Part shown: positions 1-13,978 of the stretch, one piece after another
How positions within the stretch are numbered: the stretch's first letter is position 1
How the letters are laid out: each line of letters starts with the position of its first letter
Assembly (NCBI GenBank): GCA_964035545.1
Contig: OZ037765.1
Coordinates: 24,241,504 to 24,305,503, forward strand
DNA: 64,000 nucleotides
From: Bugula neritina
Lineage: Eukaryota; Animalia; Bryozoa
Reading direction: 5' to 3'
The notes under the pieces: generated by a model
Told to the model about the DNA's origin: nothing
The model's input: only the letters and a program-made list of their open reading frames with translations
Database searches by the model: none
Position numbers and translations under genes: made by a program

Positions 1-1116
1 CTTGAATAACTTAGTAAGAGTTATCCTCTCTTTACCATTATCCTAATTATTGAAGTGTCGATAGATTTTAGTGTAAACTGTTTTCATATGTTGCCATCCA
101 TGTTTTTACATTTTACATTTCATTACAATATAATTATTACTACTGAGAAAACCTATCGATTATAATTTATTTATCTTGCATGTACACCTATTATATGATA
201 TTGTGCATAAACTAGAGTTTTCTAAAATTTAATTTCCAGTCATTATATTGTATATAAAATCAATGCTATTCTGACTTGGCCTACCTTTTGATGGCTTTTT
301 GATACAAATGTTTGCCAGCACTTAAGTATTTAGTGTAATTTTGAAACCTTATAATATTTTAATTGCAGGCAACTCTCTTTAATTAGTAGTCATTCATTGA
401 ACCTGTGACCCAAGACCTGACTGCAGTGTCATCGTGGTGTGCTTGTGTTAAACAGTTGATAGCAGCTTTATTGTGCATACTCCGTATAAGTTTATAACCT
501 TATTACACTTTATGAAGCATATCCAAATCTTATATAATGACTGCAACGGTGTTTACGCAATATTAAAAAAAGTTTTGTAAAATAACACTGCATTGGGTAC
601 CTTGCGGTTAAATAGTATATCAGCAATATGCTAATAGTACGTTCTATTACAAAGTATATTAAATAACAATAAATTGCTCTTTTTAAAAAGTAATAAAACG
701 ATGTAATTCAGTTGTTCTTTAAATAATAGGCTATTTGGTATTGACTTTGATACTCTAAATCTGTGTGGTTTAGCTTTAACAGTCTAAGTCAAATTCCGAA
801 GACCATATATCATACTATGAAAAAATTGAACAATTTATTTTAAATTTGTTATAAACAAGTTATTAAAAATCATAATAAGCAAGATGCAGGACAACCTTGA
901 AAATTATAAAAACTGATTTACTAATGTCATATGTAACATTTAAAACTAATGCACTATGCTGAACAAATCAAATGTTAATTGATCATCTTAGATCAACATA
1001 ATCGCTTGAGCTTGGATACCTTAGTCAGTTATTTTGAAACCTAAGCTGTTTGGTGCTCTAACTAAAAAGTAGTTAATCGTTGGGGGTTATTATGGGAGAA
1101 AGCTATTAATAATGCT

Positions 1117-4100
1117 CTACAAAATTATGCAAACTTTGCTGCTAGATTTCTTTTCTTGGTGCTCCAAGTTTAATGCAAATTCAGCTGATTCTTTCATGAT
1201 TTGATTCATGCTCTTTAGTACAAGCTGAATGTCTCCTTTATAACCTGCTCGAGCTGCTCTTGCTACTGCATTTATCAGCACCTCCTATATAAGTAAGTAA
1301 GTAAGTGGTTTTATATATATATATATATATTATATATATTATAGTGCTACCAATTATGAAATATAGTAATACATACTACATCTCCTGCCACTGCACTATG
1401 TTCATTATATGATACATCAAACATAAAATGTTACGCAACATGCTACTAGCTGCACACCTAGCTATTAATTACTATTCTATAAAATAATTAAATCTATAGA
1501 AGCCGTATTTTCTCTTTGGGACGAAGCATAACCTAAGTATATGCATAAGGAACAAAATTTCCAAGATTTATTACTTCTAAAGCCTTAAACAAAACTGATT
1601 TGATAAACTAACCTGTTTAGTAGAGACGTTTCCATGTGTAGTTAAGAGTGTAGCCATTGCTGAAGCTAACACGGAGGTGACTAAAGATCGGGCAATCCTT
1701 TGAAGTTGTCTGTTTGCAGACCTACTGGAAACTGTAACAGGTTTCTGAGACTCTAAAAGCTCCTTGCTTTTCATGTCAATTATTTCTGATATCACAGGCC
1801 TCCAACTGACTGTGCAAGTTTTCTGCATAAAAAGTAATATATATGTAACATAATTATTAAATTTCTGACTGTAGGTAATTATTATCATTGTAATAATCAT
1901 TCAAACTAATATCATGTGTTTTTATTATATATATATATAAGTGTCTAGTGAATCTCACAAGTTTTCTACTTCTTGTCTTTTCTGGAATGTAGACCTCACA
2001 CGGAGGGTAACTAGTCTCAATAATGTCTTCAATGTTTAAGCTTGGATATATGCAATCTGCCCAAGAATTGCATTTTCCTGATGAAAGATTCTCTGAATAA
2101 AACATTATATTATAGCCACGTCAACACAATAAAAAGTTTACAATTATAAAATTATTTTCTGATGTAAACAAGCTGTCAATAAAGCCTGACACTAAGTAAT
2201 ACAGGTATTGTTTTAAAAGAGAATTGCTGTCATCACCTTTGAGTGATGAGAAAAGCATTTCTAAATTAATCTCGCACTCATTTCTAGACAGTGTGATGTC
2301 ATTGTTTAGGAATGCGTTGAGACAACTCCAAAAGCACATGCATGTAGAGCCAGCGTTGTGAGTGTCTTGTGAGTTCACTCTTATCACCAATGGATTCCCA
2401 TTAACTTCTATATCAGTCTTCAATGCATTACAGTAATTACTAATTACACTGTTACACTATTAATTCAAAACAATTATTTTACAGCACTGACACTTTAGTC
2501 ATTCATATCTTTCAACGATTATATTAGAAAATTTTAGAACATTTTACGCAATTTTAATCTAATGAACTCTTATAGTAGTTTTACCATATGCATAAAACAT
2601 AGCCACTAGATATAAGATGTAATTGACAAAGCAGAATATCCACATGGTAAGATAACTCTATAAATCTCATAAAATTAAGGTATCTAGTTAACCTCCAGCA
2701 TACAACTCAAGTCATTGACTTATTTCTTACATTCAGTTTATACCTTTAAGTTTGGTGTGAAAGTTGAGCTTGCCAATTTTCAAAACCACAAACAATTGTA
2801 AGATATCAAACATCATAAAAACAGTAAAACCTACAAATACCTTCACTTGTATTAGGTTACATTATGTCTATGCACTCTACTGGTTTACCTGATACACAGT
2901 GAAGATGTACTCTATACCTGCCTACCTGATATACAAGGCCTGGATAGACTGAGAGGCACAGAAGTGTTACTTTGAGAAGCGGTTTCAAGGCCAACCATAT
3001 GACCCTCATAGTCTCAGGGTGAAACAGTCCTCTGCAGCTGACATACAGCTCAGAGTCTTCGGTGTAGTAGATGTGACTCGTCGCCTACAGTCAAATAATC
3101 TGGAGTTTTCTTTAATTATTTGTTGCGATTTTTTTCTGTCTAGCATCAGTACTGTACGTAAATCAACATTTTTATTTAATCTTATTTTTAGAATACTATA
3201 GCTTTTCACTTTGTTTGACTTTCAGCTAATGGGTTTTTAATGCTGCAATGTTGTCATAACAAAGAGACAAAAGCCATCAATAACATCATAGTAGTTAATC
3301 AATGTTATTTTCACAACTAATCTATTATAATTGATTTCAACAATAAAGATGTCACTTTTAGTTCTAAAAATGTTGGTAAAATAGAATTTAAAAATAATTT
3401 TACACTTATATAAGTGATGACTTCTAGCTATACAACAGGAGCACACAACTCACTTGAACACAGATATAACTTATATATGGCAGTTATATAGCTTGTTCAG
3501 CATCACATTATATTGTGCCTGTAAATTTATCTCTTACCTAAACTAATCAAAGATTGTTTTTGTTTCAACCTTTTTTTAGATAAGCTATAATTAAAAATGA
3601 TTAATGTAATATTAATTGACAAAATTTAATCTTACTTCTTCCTTGTATTTACAAAGTAAGCCTCTTTCCCACATGTATTTGTATGTTGATTTGTTTACAA
3701 CTTTGTAACACTGATACTGAATTTGTTTGAAAAGCCAATCTCCGATGTCATCTTTGTTTGGTAAAGAGAATATAAATCCTAAGTGAATGTCTTCATTGAA
3801 GTGATTTTCAGACCAGTTTACTTCCTAAAACGAATATGGTATTGGTTGAATAAATGTCACATGCGTTTGTTTAAAGTTGCAACTCCTGCAGTTTGTAGAT
3901 TTGTAGGCAGGCTAGAAACTGTGCCTTTACAATGCTGATAAAATAGCTTCAAATTTTTTGCTTATGACCTGAAGCAATTATGGCTGATGCTCCCACCAAT
4001 TACTATACCAATACCCTACTTACTAGCCCACAGTTGCCCTCTGGTTAAATAAATCTCACTGTCCGGTATGAAAATTGCAAGTAGTTTATATGTCGCGTTG

Positions 4101-7100
4101 GAAAAGCCTCTAAAAAAATTATATTGGTACGCCACCAATCGTTGTAGCTTTCTTGCTTTATTACTACATTACATCAAAAGCTATTCTTAGCTAGTAGTGC
4201 TGTTACGATAATTCAATGTCCCTAGCACAGCACAGGTCAGCGTGTTCAGATCAAGCAGTCTCAGAGGAATACTTTTAACTTCTCTCTTTTAACTAAAGGC
4301 TCACTACGTCTGCTACTATATTATACAAACACACAGCTTTATACTCTAATATTTCATACTCTGAATCTAGACCACTGGTTTGACATTTTGGATGACAAAG
4401 GATATCTTATCTGTGCATCAATTTTGTAAGTCTCATTTGAATTAATATGATGTCCTTTTACCTGCAGTTTATGTATACATTCTACAATAGCTATTGTCAT
4501 TTTGTTTAAATCTATACTATTCTCATAATGTTTCTCTAACTTTTTGATCTACATTGTTACTTACAACAGCTTGAGTCACTATGACTATGTATATTTATAC
4601 ATTACCTATAGTGATGATGCTCAAATATTTTGATTTTGATGTAACTTATATTATCTAAAACCTTCCTGTGGTCTAATGCAGTTTAAATAATTTATATTTT
4701 TCCCATTATATTTCCAGGGTACGATTCGATAGTTAATAAACTTAATGAACCTGTTGCAAAGTTGGCTGATAGATAAAGTCAATCACATTTTAAGTCCTCC
4801 AGACACAGTAGCAAACCTGATACAGAAATATCTCTGAGTTCTCATCATGTTAGACTATATCACATACTGTAACATTCACATAACATGCAAGCTAACTGTG
4901 TTAGGTTTGAAGTAATACTCACTGGTTTGCAGGTCTTCAAAGACCCTAACAAAGGAAGAGAAAATGTGATCTGTGTGGATAGAGATGAATAGTTAGGAAG
5001 GTGCAATCTCTCCATAGCTGGCTCATCTCTTACCATGTTCACATGGCGTGACAGCAAGTTTTGCTCAGATAGAAAAAGCAGTATTAGCATTATCTGCTTT
5101 TCTGGGTAGTTTTTTTCCTAGGCAAGTATAAAGCATTATAGCTAGTATAATTATAGCACATTGATTAACATGATTTTACTCTAGAACGATATTAAATTAG
5201 CTACCGTATAATGTTTTACTGTAGACTTTTGAATCCATATTTCAGTGAAAGCAATCAACTAAGAAAAAATTTCGATTAATTCTTTTTTGTAGAAAATAAG
5301 TAGAATAATAGGGTTTCCTATATTACTTTTACCTTAATTGCTAATAGTAGCTTGAAAGTATTTTAAATTTCATTACGTAAATATTGCTGAACACTGTACA
5401 TCTTCTTATATTTATTTGACAAAAGTCGAATTTTGAAAACTAACTTGCCAAAGCAGAGGAAAGAGAACTTCTCTAATGACACCCAAAGCTGGTATCTCCT
5501 CCAGAGCTTTCACTATCAGACTTGGTTCAGGCTTCATGGAGACACCAGTTTTGGGCCAAAACCGGTTAGCCTCCAGCTGTAAGTTTCTGTTCAGACCATC
5601 CAAGTGGAACAAACATGACAGATTAGCAAGCTGTCTGGGATCAATGCAAATGTGTTGTGAGTTTTCTTCTTGTAGTCTCATGAGGATTCCCTATTAAAAA
5701 TCAATTCCAAGCATCTAATTTATTTGGAAAACATTTTATTTGGTGTGTATATAACAGCTGTTATGCTGAGTGATGATATATTTTATGATTTTAGGTAAAA
5801 TGGCACAGGTAATAAAGGCACAGGTAAAAATGGCACAGGTAATAATGGCAGAGGTAATAATATACTGCAAATGGAAAAGTAGGTATTTTATTTACACTTC
5901 TGTATATTTATAATAATAGTTTTAATTTGACTATTTTAACCTAACTAAAGTTGTCGTTGCATAGTGACAGCAAAAATTAATTTATGACTCCTGCTTTAAA
6001 AATGAAAATCCTTATTTTATAAGTCACCTGCTTCACTCACCTCAGTAGTCAGTGAGTAGAGTGTTTGTTAGCTATATTAAATAAGGTAAACTGCTAGACA
6101 AACCTTAGAGAAAAGTTGCTCAATGATAAGATGTTTGGTTGATTTCAATGATAAGGTTGATGGGTTTGTAACTGGCTGATTCTCAACCTTATGCTCTAGA
6201 AGATTCTTTAATACATCATTCAAAGGATCTGTAACTTTGCCATCTTGTTGAATGGTGATTTCACTCAAATCTACGATGAGTTGGTCATGTGATCTCAGCA
6301 GATGTAACTGTTGAAGTATACTTCTGTAATCTTGCAAATGGTCACGTGATGCAATAGTGTCAAGTCTAGATTCTGTAGGGACTTGTAGCACTTTCCTTAA
6401 TACCAAGTCAGTGCATCCTTCTATACCCTACACCAACATAAGCCGCTTTACCGTGGGTCAAGCAAACTCTGTTTATATAATTAAAATGTTTATAACATAT
6501 TAGTTGAAAGATTTGTTCTCTATTTAGTAATTACCCATTTACCTATATAACAATTTTCTATTTAGAAATGTAGGAAATCGATATAATTTGTAAGATTTTT
6601 TAGATAGCAAGAACTAATCTAACAAAAGTTAAACTACTTGGTGATGCTGAAAGTTTACTCCTAGAATGTCTTCCGTTATATTTGGTCTTTTAATGAGCAG
6701 ATCTTCATACTTGATTACTTCTTGTAGTGCTAGTGGGCTGCAATTGCCGTCTCTATATTATAGTAAAATAAGTACAGATCTTCTATCATGATACAAGATT
6801 TTCAGATAATTTAATTCAACATAAAAGTGTGACAGGCCAAATATTATTTTAAATTATTAGTAGTTTTAAACTCCATGTTTATAGATCTACTAAATAGATT
6901 TAATTTTTAATCATTTTTAGTATTTAAACTTGCCTAATTCTGTTCATTTGGTCGACTAATACACCAGAAGTATTTTCTCCCCATAAGCAGATTTCCTTCC
7001 AGAGATAAGCTCGAACCTTCTCTGTGACTTCATCTTCCACCACATCAGCTGTACAGCTTGTTCCTATTAAAATTACTGGACTGCCGGGGACCTGCAGGAA

Positions 7101-8916
7101 TGTTGAAACCATTTTTAAAGTTGAAATATATTAACTTCAAAGACCTATTACATTTTGGCAAAGATAATTAGACCCAATTTTGGTTTGCTGAAACTAAATT
7201 GAAAATTAATAATGCAATAAAAGTTTGTTTTTTTTTCTGTGATTGCTTTTACCACAACCTGCTTATATGTACATATGTAGATATGCAGATATGCACATAT
7301 TATGTACACACACATACACGAACTGCATACACATATGTCCGTATATGTGCCTAAATGTATCACTTGAATATTTATATTATGTTACATAGAAATTAAAATC
7401 TTGCCTTCTGTTGAACAAGTTTAGTGAAGTGTAAAGCAGCTTCAACACTCTCTTGTCTGAGCCAGCTGAACGTGATGAGGTAGGTTGTGCTTTTAGTAAA
7501 GTAACTTTGATGAATTGGCCAGCAGCACTAGAGATGAAAATTCAATTCTCTTTTTAATATACGAAATCATGGAGAATGAATGCTATTAATTTTTTTAAAT
7601 AATGATCACGTTTGCAATTTAACTTATTTTAAACCCAACAGCTAATATTTGCAACTTGCAAGATATTTTAACAAAAAGTGTTGTGAAAGCTATATCTTTT
7701 GACAAGTAAATGTAACCTGAATGACTAAATATTGGTATAAAGCTTTGCTTTTTGAAAAAAAGCTGTTGGAACATACATTTACAATATTTTTGCCAAATGC
7801 AGTTATTATTTTAAACAAAGTATACCACCACTAATAATATTATGGTGTGTAATTAAAAGTTTACTCCACGGTTTCCACTTTAATTTTTTTGCAGAGTACA
7901 AGCTAATAACTTTTTAGCATTAAAATTTCAGCTACTGTTTTGCTAAAATAAAAGACTCTGGTATATTAAGTCAAACTAAAGTACATTAAAACAAGTTATC
8001 AGAAAATATTCAGTAGCCTCCGTCAGTTGCAACAGATTCTTGTAAGTCTAACTAAGATTTTGGAACATGTAAAACTTTACCTTTCTTCCTGTCATGTCCC
8101 ATAATTCAATAGTGATGTGTTCTGCATCTTCAATATTCTGTTTCTTTAGCACTTTTTCTACAGAAAAATAATTTTGTTAATGGCAGCAAAATGTACATAC
8201 GTGAGTGTAGATAGATGGATGAATAGATAGTGTAGATATAGATGCTTTTGTAAATAATTTTCCAATGTAAATGGCTACGTTATTCAATTATAACTATATC
8301 AATCAGTTTTCAGTACTCATGTAATCCTGCATTGTGCAGATACTCCATAGTCTATATATATAAAGTATCATCTATGTATTATGGTATACATACTTGCTAT
8401 AAAAGAATGAGTAGAAGGTTTCCATTTCGTCAACTCGACACCGTCAGTTGGTTTTGTACACAACTCATATACACCAGATACTAGGGATTTGATTAAACTG
8501 CTTTTACCACTCCCTCTATCTCCCAGCACCATTATTCTGTGACTTGACAGTCTACATTATAGACTGAGCTCTAATATCATTGAGCCTTCTTACAAACTTT
8601 ATCATTTTGAGCCTAAGTCTATATCTTCTTATACAGTTATCCTTCTAAGTGCTTACAGTTCAGTTTTTAACTTTTTCATACTTTGACTTTTTTAACTTGC
8701 CTATAGCTTGTCGGTTTAATTATCAAAGGGTATTAATTTTAGCTCTGTAATAGAGGTTTAAGAATTAGCAACTTTGTTTATCAAAAGTTATTTGCCACAA
8801 AGTAATTGCAATAATTTCAGTTTCTTAGTGATCATTAAGTAAACTATACCTTTGACCAAACTTATTTTGTTGAGCACCATGGTGTTAGAAGGTAACTTAT
8901 AATACTTTGAAGGCAT
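1117..8916 (-). CDS. ROCO-family (Roc-COR) GTPase, MFHAS1-like core, ~800 aa, ending in CaaX (CIIL)
   Basis: Frame-consistent exons (minus): 8551-8394, 8157-8081, 7527-7405, 7091-6934, 6752-6638, 6427-6188, 5690-5445, 5117-4923, 3824-3636, 3084-2889, 2407-2237, 2092-1959, 1822-1613, 1284-1117. Tentative 5' exons 8916-8850 and 8700-8682. Roc motifs: RIMVLGDRGSGKSS (G1), PTDGVELTKW (switch I), ELWDMTG (G3), HQSYFTKSTTYLITF, PVILIGTSCTAD (G4-like). COR-type motifs: ICIDPRQL, MWERG, YPGLVY..RVHLHC. The start is uncertain. Confidence 0.85.
5792..5860. repeat. ~15-bp minisatellite (CAGGTAA[A/T]AATGGCA), ~4.5 copies, intronic
   Basis: Direct reading: aggtaaaatggcac aggtaataaaggcac aggtaaaaatggcac aggtaataatggcag aggtaataat. 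Confidence 0.85.
7262..7350. repeat. Degenerate (CA/TA)-rich microsatellite, intronic
   Basis: atatgtacatatgtagatatgcagatatgcacatattatgtacacacacatacac... Confidence 0.6.
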
Positions 8917-11900
8917 AAACCTGAGAAGGCGAAATATCACATAGTGGATAACAAGATTACCATCACGAGTCATGAAAGTTGCACATTATTCAAACATATT
9001 TTGTCACATTGATAATAATCATGTAATACCAACAAGGGGTATAATATACTAGCTGATATTTTATGTTATATGCTAATGCAGTGGAAAACTATTTTACAAT
9101 CAACACATAGCATTTTGACATAACAGAGATGCACGCAGCATTATTGCACAACTCTTTTTTCTACATCTCATGTCTATATAATATTCTACTTCAGCCTAAC
9201 ACTTTCCGTTATAACTTACACCAACACCTTACCCAAAGTCTGTAACAGTTTGCTGTGTACTCGTCATGCTTTAATAGCTCACAAATAAAAAGAAAGGCTA
9301 CTGTGAAGCTGTGATGATAAATGCATACTCAGCAACTATGAGATATTCTAAGACTGTAATCTATACTCATCTATTGATTTTAAATTAACTAGGGTTTTAG
9401 CAAAACTAATAAATGTTTGGTAATACCTGATTAAAGAAGAATTACAAGTGTCAGTAGCCATAACAGCACTAAGCAAGCAAAGCTAATTATCAGCTCAGAT
9501 TTGTCAATCTGTTTCTTATGAAACACACAACTTATATATAATTGAATTCAATAAATTTGTTATAAACTGCATTGACTATAAACAACTACAACTCTGTTGT
9601 ATAATATAACTGTTATCTTCACTTATAGCTCTTGCACTAGAAGCAGCTCTGTTATTAGCAGACAAGTATAGAGCACATCCTGTAGTGATTGAACTGCACA
9701 AGCACAGGGAGCGCAGGTGCAAATGTACTGATCTTTCATACAGCAATTAGTTCCACTATGTTATGTGTGGAATTATGAAATTGCCTGCCCATAAAAATAA
9801 ACGAACTCCGAATGAGAATGTTGCACGAAACATGGGCGCAGACTGAGGCCATAGTTTTGTGGCAGAGCGTTAACAAGAATATAAAAATAATGTTTGCAAA
9901 TGAAATCATCTGTGAATGCAGGACTGTGTGATCAAAGAACAATTTTTCTCTCAAACGAACTATTCATTTCTTTGCACTCTGACAGCTAAACAGAAAAGAC
10001 TACCTCAAGTAAAATATTCAAAACAGGCAGCAAATAAGGTGTATCTTGTGATGAATCCAACCAGCTATCTAACAGCAATATAGCTGAATCATACTTTAAT
10101 AGCCTGTTTTTATTATTATAGCTTTTTGCATATCATTTTTTACTTTTCTATCCTATAGTCATGTCTGCAATAACAATCTAACTAAGTGTTGTAGTTACAA
10201 AACGCAAAAGAATTGATAGCAAATTAATTTTGTTAGGGGCTTTGACTTAAAATTTATTGAGTTCATGAATCCGTTTGACTCAGTTAATGTGAATATTTAA
10301 AAGTCTTTGCAAAGGCTAACTACAACAACTTGAGTTTTATAAGATTTATTGGAGGAGATTATCAACTTGGTGGGAAATCAGTAACAAAAAAAGGGAGTTA
10401 TCCTTTCATCATTGGTTGGAATGAGTCATTAGCCTACCCAGCAGTGTACTTTGTTCTGTCACAACATGCGTGCTAACAAACGTGCTAATGGTTTGACGCA
10501 GCATGGAGTGTATATAATAATATAATTATAATGTTCCCATTTATAAAGTAGCATTAAAGTGAAAGGTCAAAAGGCTAAAAGTTAGGACGATTGTAGTTGG
10601 ATTCCCCTAGGAATATGGCACTGGCTAAGATAATCAACGTTTTTACTTATAATGAATGCAGGAACAGGTTAGTTAATTCCATAAAGTTCACGCTCACACA
10701 CCTTGCAGTTGATTAACGTGTTGCTATCCCCAGAAGTTTTGTTCGCCCAGGATGATGACTTGTAAACCATTTCGCTCTACCATAAGTATGCACACACTGG
10801 GTATGCATTGCTTGACTATCAGGCAATCAAGCTATTATTTATTTCATAGAACACTTATAAAACAGTGTGAAAGCTCTAGAATAGAATCAGCTCAGAGAAA
10901 ATTATGAAGTCAAAGACAAAAAGTACTAATAAGAAAATCAGGCTCACAAACACACACTGTACAAAAGTAAAATCTAATGATAATTTAACATAGATAGTCT
11001 GTAAAAACATAAACTGCTTATAAAACAGTTTATCTAGATTTCTGGTAAATTAAAGGCTAAAAGGTAAATTCAAGATGTCATTTTATAAGGGAGAGCACAA
11101 CTTCTAATATGAGATGCTAATTATTACCGTCAATACTTCAAGAAAGACTTAACAAATTTTGCATAAACACCGATGCTAAAGAGAATTTTGACACACAGTA
11201 GGCAAAAGTAACTTGAATGTTACACAAAGTATCTTCAAGCCTTAACCTTCTCGTGGCCAGCTGTAAAGCTATTTTAAGATATTAATCAATTCAATTATTT
11301 CGGTCTTATACAGACAGCAAGAGCAAGTTTTTGGTTATTTAAGTTAAACAAATTTAATACAATTGGCCATGCACATAATCATAGCTATCATTTACTTCAT
11401 CATAGCTAAAAATGATATCTTCTAAATATATTGACTGTTACGTAATGCCGGAGCATTCATTAGATACTACACAGTTCTTATTACCTGTAAATATTATGCT
11501 GATATATAATGTTAATGTGTCTTTTCAAAAAATGTAAACCTGTTCAAATGCTGGACAAGCCTGGCTTTACTGAGTTAGCATTTTGTTGGGCACATAATAA
11601 CACTAGAAGGATGTTATTTTTTATCTATGATTGAAAATTAGCATCCAGGGTTTAGAGTTCATACCATATTTCATATAAAGTATATGATCGCCTAATACTT
11701 AGTCTACTTACATTTAAAGATGTGTATACTATTACAGCTAACTTTACAGCTATAATAAACTTGATGCATCACATGGTGCTCTTTGTTTTGTTGCTTTAAA
11801 TTCATATGTTTTGTAAAAAAGCAACACACTACCCTAGTTATGAAATCAACTGTAAGTGGGTTATGGTGAGGCATTAAAAGGTTATCACTAGGTTAAAAAG

Positions 11901-12589
11901 CTTTTTGGTGAAATCCAAGTTCTATAGATTAGTTGTAATAATAGAGATTATTTGACTACCTACTAGAACAGTGTGTATTGCTTATATAATGGGAATTATT
12001 ATCTTGCACATCAGCAATATTAACTGCTACAAAGTGTTTAGCATCGTAAACTTAAAATGCTATCAACTATTTTTACAGTTCTTAGAGTTGTTTACACATC
12101 ATGAGTTGATGCATTGATGTAAACAAATAACATACAGCCAAACGTTGTCCACCAGGGCTCATAAAGTTTGCAAAGTATTACTATCTCAATTTCTAACCTT
12201 TGCTGCTTCTAATCACTACCTTCAGTTTGACAAGAGGTAACCAAAGGTTAATGAGCATAAAGAGGGATTTGGCAACCACTTTTTATATACATGTAACTTG
12301 AAATTGTGGACTCCTCCACTCAAGTCCATCTTCCAATATTTAGGATAACAAAAAAGTAAAGATAACATTTCACAAGAGTCACGTTATCAGGCCATATTAA
12401 TATATGGTGTGTTATCAGTGCCAAGCACACACAAGTATGCTGCTCATTCCAGCAAAAACTTGCCAGATACAATAATAGGAAACATTTTCAGTTTGGATGT
12501 GAAATTTTCCCACATTGTAATATCAACATATGAAAAAGCTCTGATTTGTCATTGCCAGACTGTGCACTACAAGAAGTATTTAGTTGTAT

Positions 12590-12720
12590 AAGCTAATACA
12601 ATGTAATACAATGTATTGTATGCTATAACATAATATAGCATTACAATTGACAATGTAAAGTAACACAATAATCAGCATAAGATAATAACGAAATACCACA
12701 TTGTCATATAGTATATATAA
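12590..12720. repeat. Degenerate 5-bp periodic (ACAAT/ATAAT) low-complexity tract
   Basis: aatacaatgtaatacaatgtattgtatgctataacataatatagcattacaattgacaatg; complementary in character to 47180-47345. Confidence 0.5.
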
Positions 12721-13978
12721 TATCCTGCTGTGGCGTGACATGCGACATGCGTTAGTGCTCGCATAAACAAAATTTTTCAAGTATTTATATTAAAATAGCT
12801 TGCGTTTGCATAGAATACAAACTTCGTAGCTACACATAAAATTTTCACAGTATTACTTTTAGATAGTGCAGACATGTATAAATTACATAGAATATTATAA
12901 TGATGCTGTAAGCTGTCAATCATTTTGTATAAAAATTTGTATAAAGAGCAACAGAATGGTGAGACTGGTTTTCTCATTTAGAGCTCTTCTGTAAAAATAT
13001 ATTATAAATGATGTATTGCAACAGAAGCTCTGGATATGCCAGTTCATAATACTTAGTAATAAGTCTTTCGCTTATATGCATTATATATGTATTTAAAAAA
13101 AATTACGAGAGAAGCTTTTACTGGAGTCAAAAATACAATGCTTATAAATATTATCTTTCTTATTTTAAAGATATGATATAAAACTTGCTGCATGTTGTTT
13201 ATTAGCAGTTTGACTTCTTAATAATTTATAAGACTTCAATTTTAAACATCCAATAAGTTGACCCTAAGTTTCGTGGATGAAAAAAACATTTATAAACATT
13301 TTGGTGACATAGATATGCTTCTATCTATTATTTATGAACAACGCTGCAAAGGCGTAATCTACACTATTTTATTACAAAATTTCTTCGTTCAAAATGAGTT
13401 TATTTTACAGATGCAACAGAAGTACGTTTTAGAACTTTTTTTACAGAAGAACAATTGCAGATCATAGTTTACTCAGATCAATTACCACTAGTCCACCTAA
13501 CACTTCTTAGTGTAGTGAAATATAACACATGGTGACAGTGTGGTGCATTTTTCATATTGTCACTTCCACCATGGAGCAAAACACCTGCAGAGCTGCTGCT
13601 AAACTGTCAGCAGCCATTAATTCAAGCATTCTTTAATCAAATGCTATAATAACTATGATCACTTTGTGTGCAAAGCATTGCTAAAAGAATCAAATCAGTT
13701 GTAAATCTTGTTAATGCAGTTTGTGTATTTATATAATTATATACATTTAACATATAGCTCAATCAATTGATTATGCTTCATATTCAAGCACAGCTACACC
13801 AGAATATAAAAAAATAAAGCAATATTTTGTCGCAACATTTGTGAAGCAACTCCTTAATGGCACTAGAATTTAGCTCAACAGTTTATAGCATCTACATGTA
13901 TGTATTGGTAGCTAAAATATAATACAAGGGAACTAACAGTGTTGTACTATGTAGAGTTAGTCTGAAAATTCTTCATAT

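Noticed and set aside
9000-13900. Upstream LRR exons for the ROCO gene or another gene
   Set aside because: No LRR pattern or frame-consistent exon chain found by eye. A candidate ATG exon near 10702-10770 does not join in frame. Small exons cannot be excluded.
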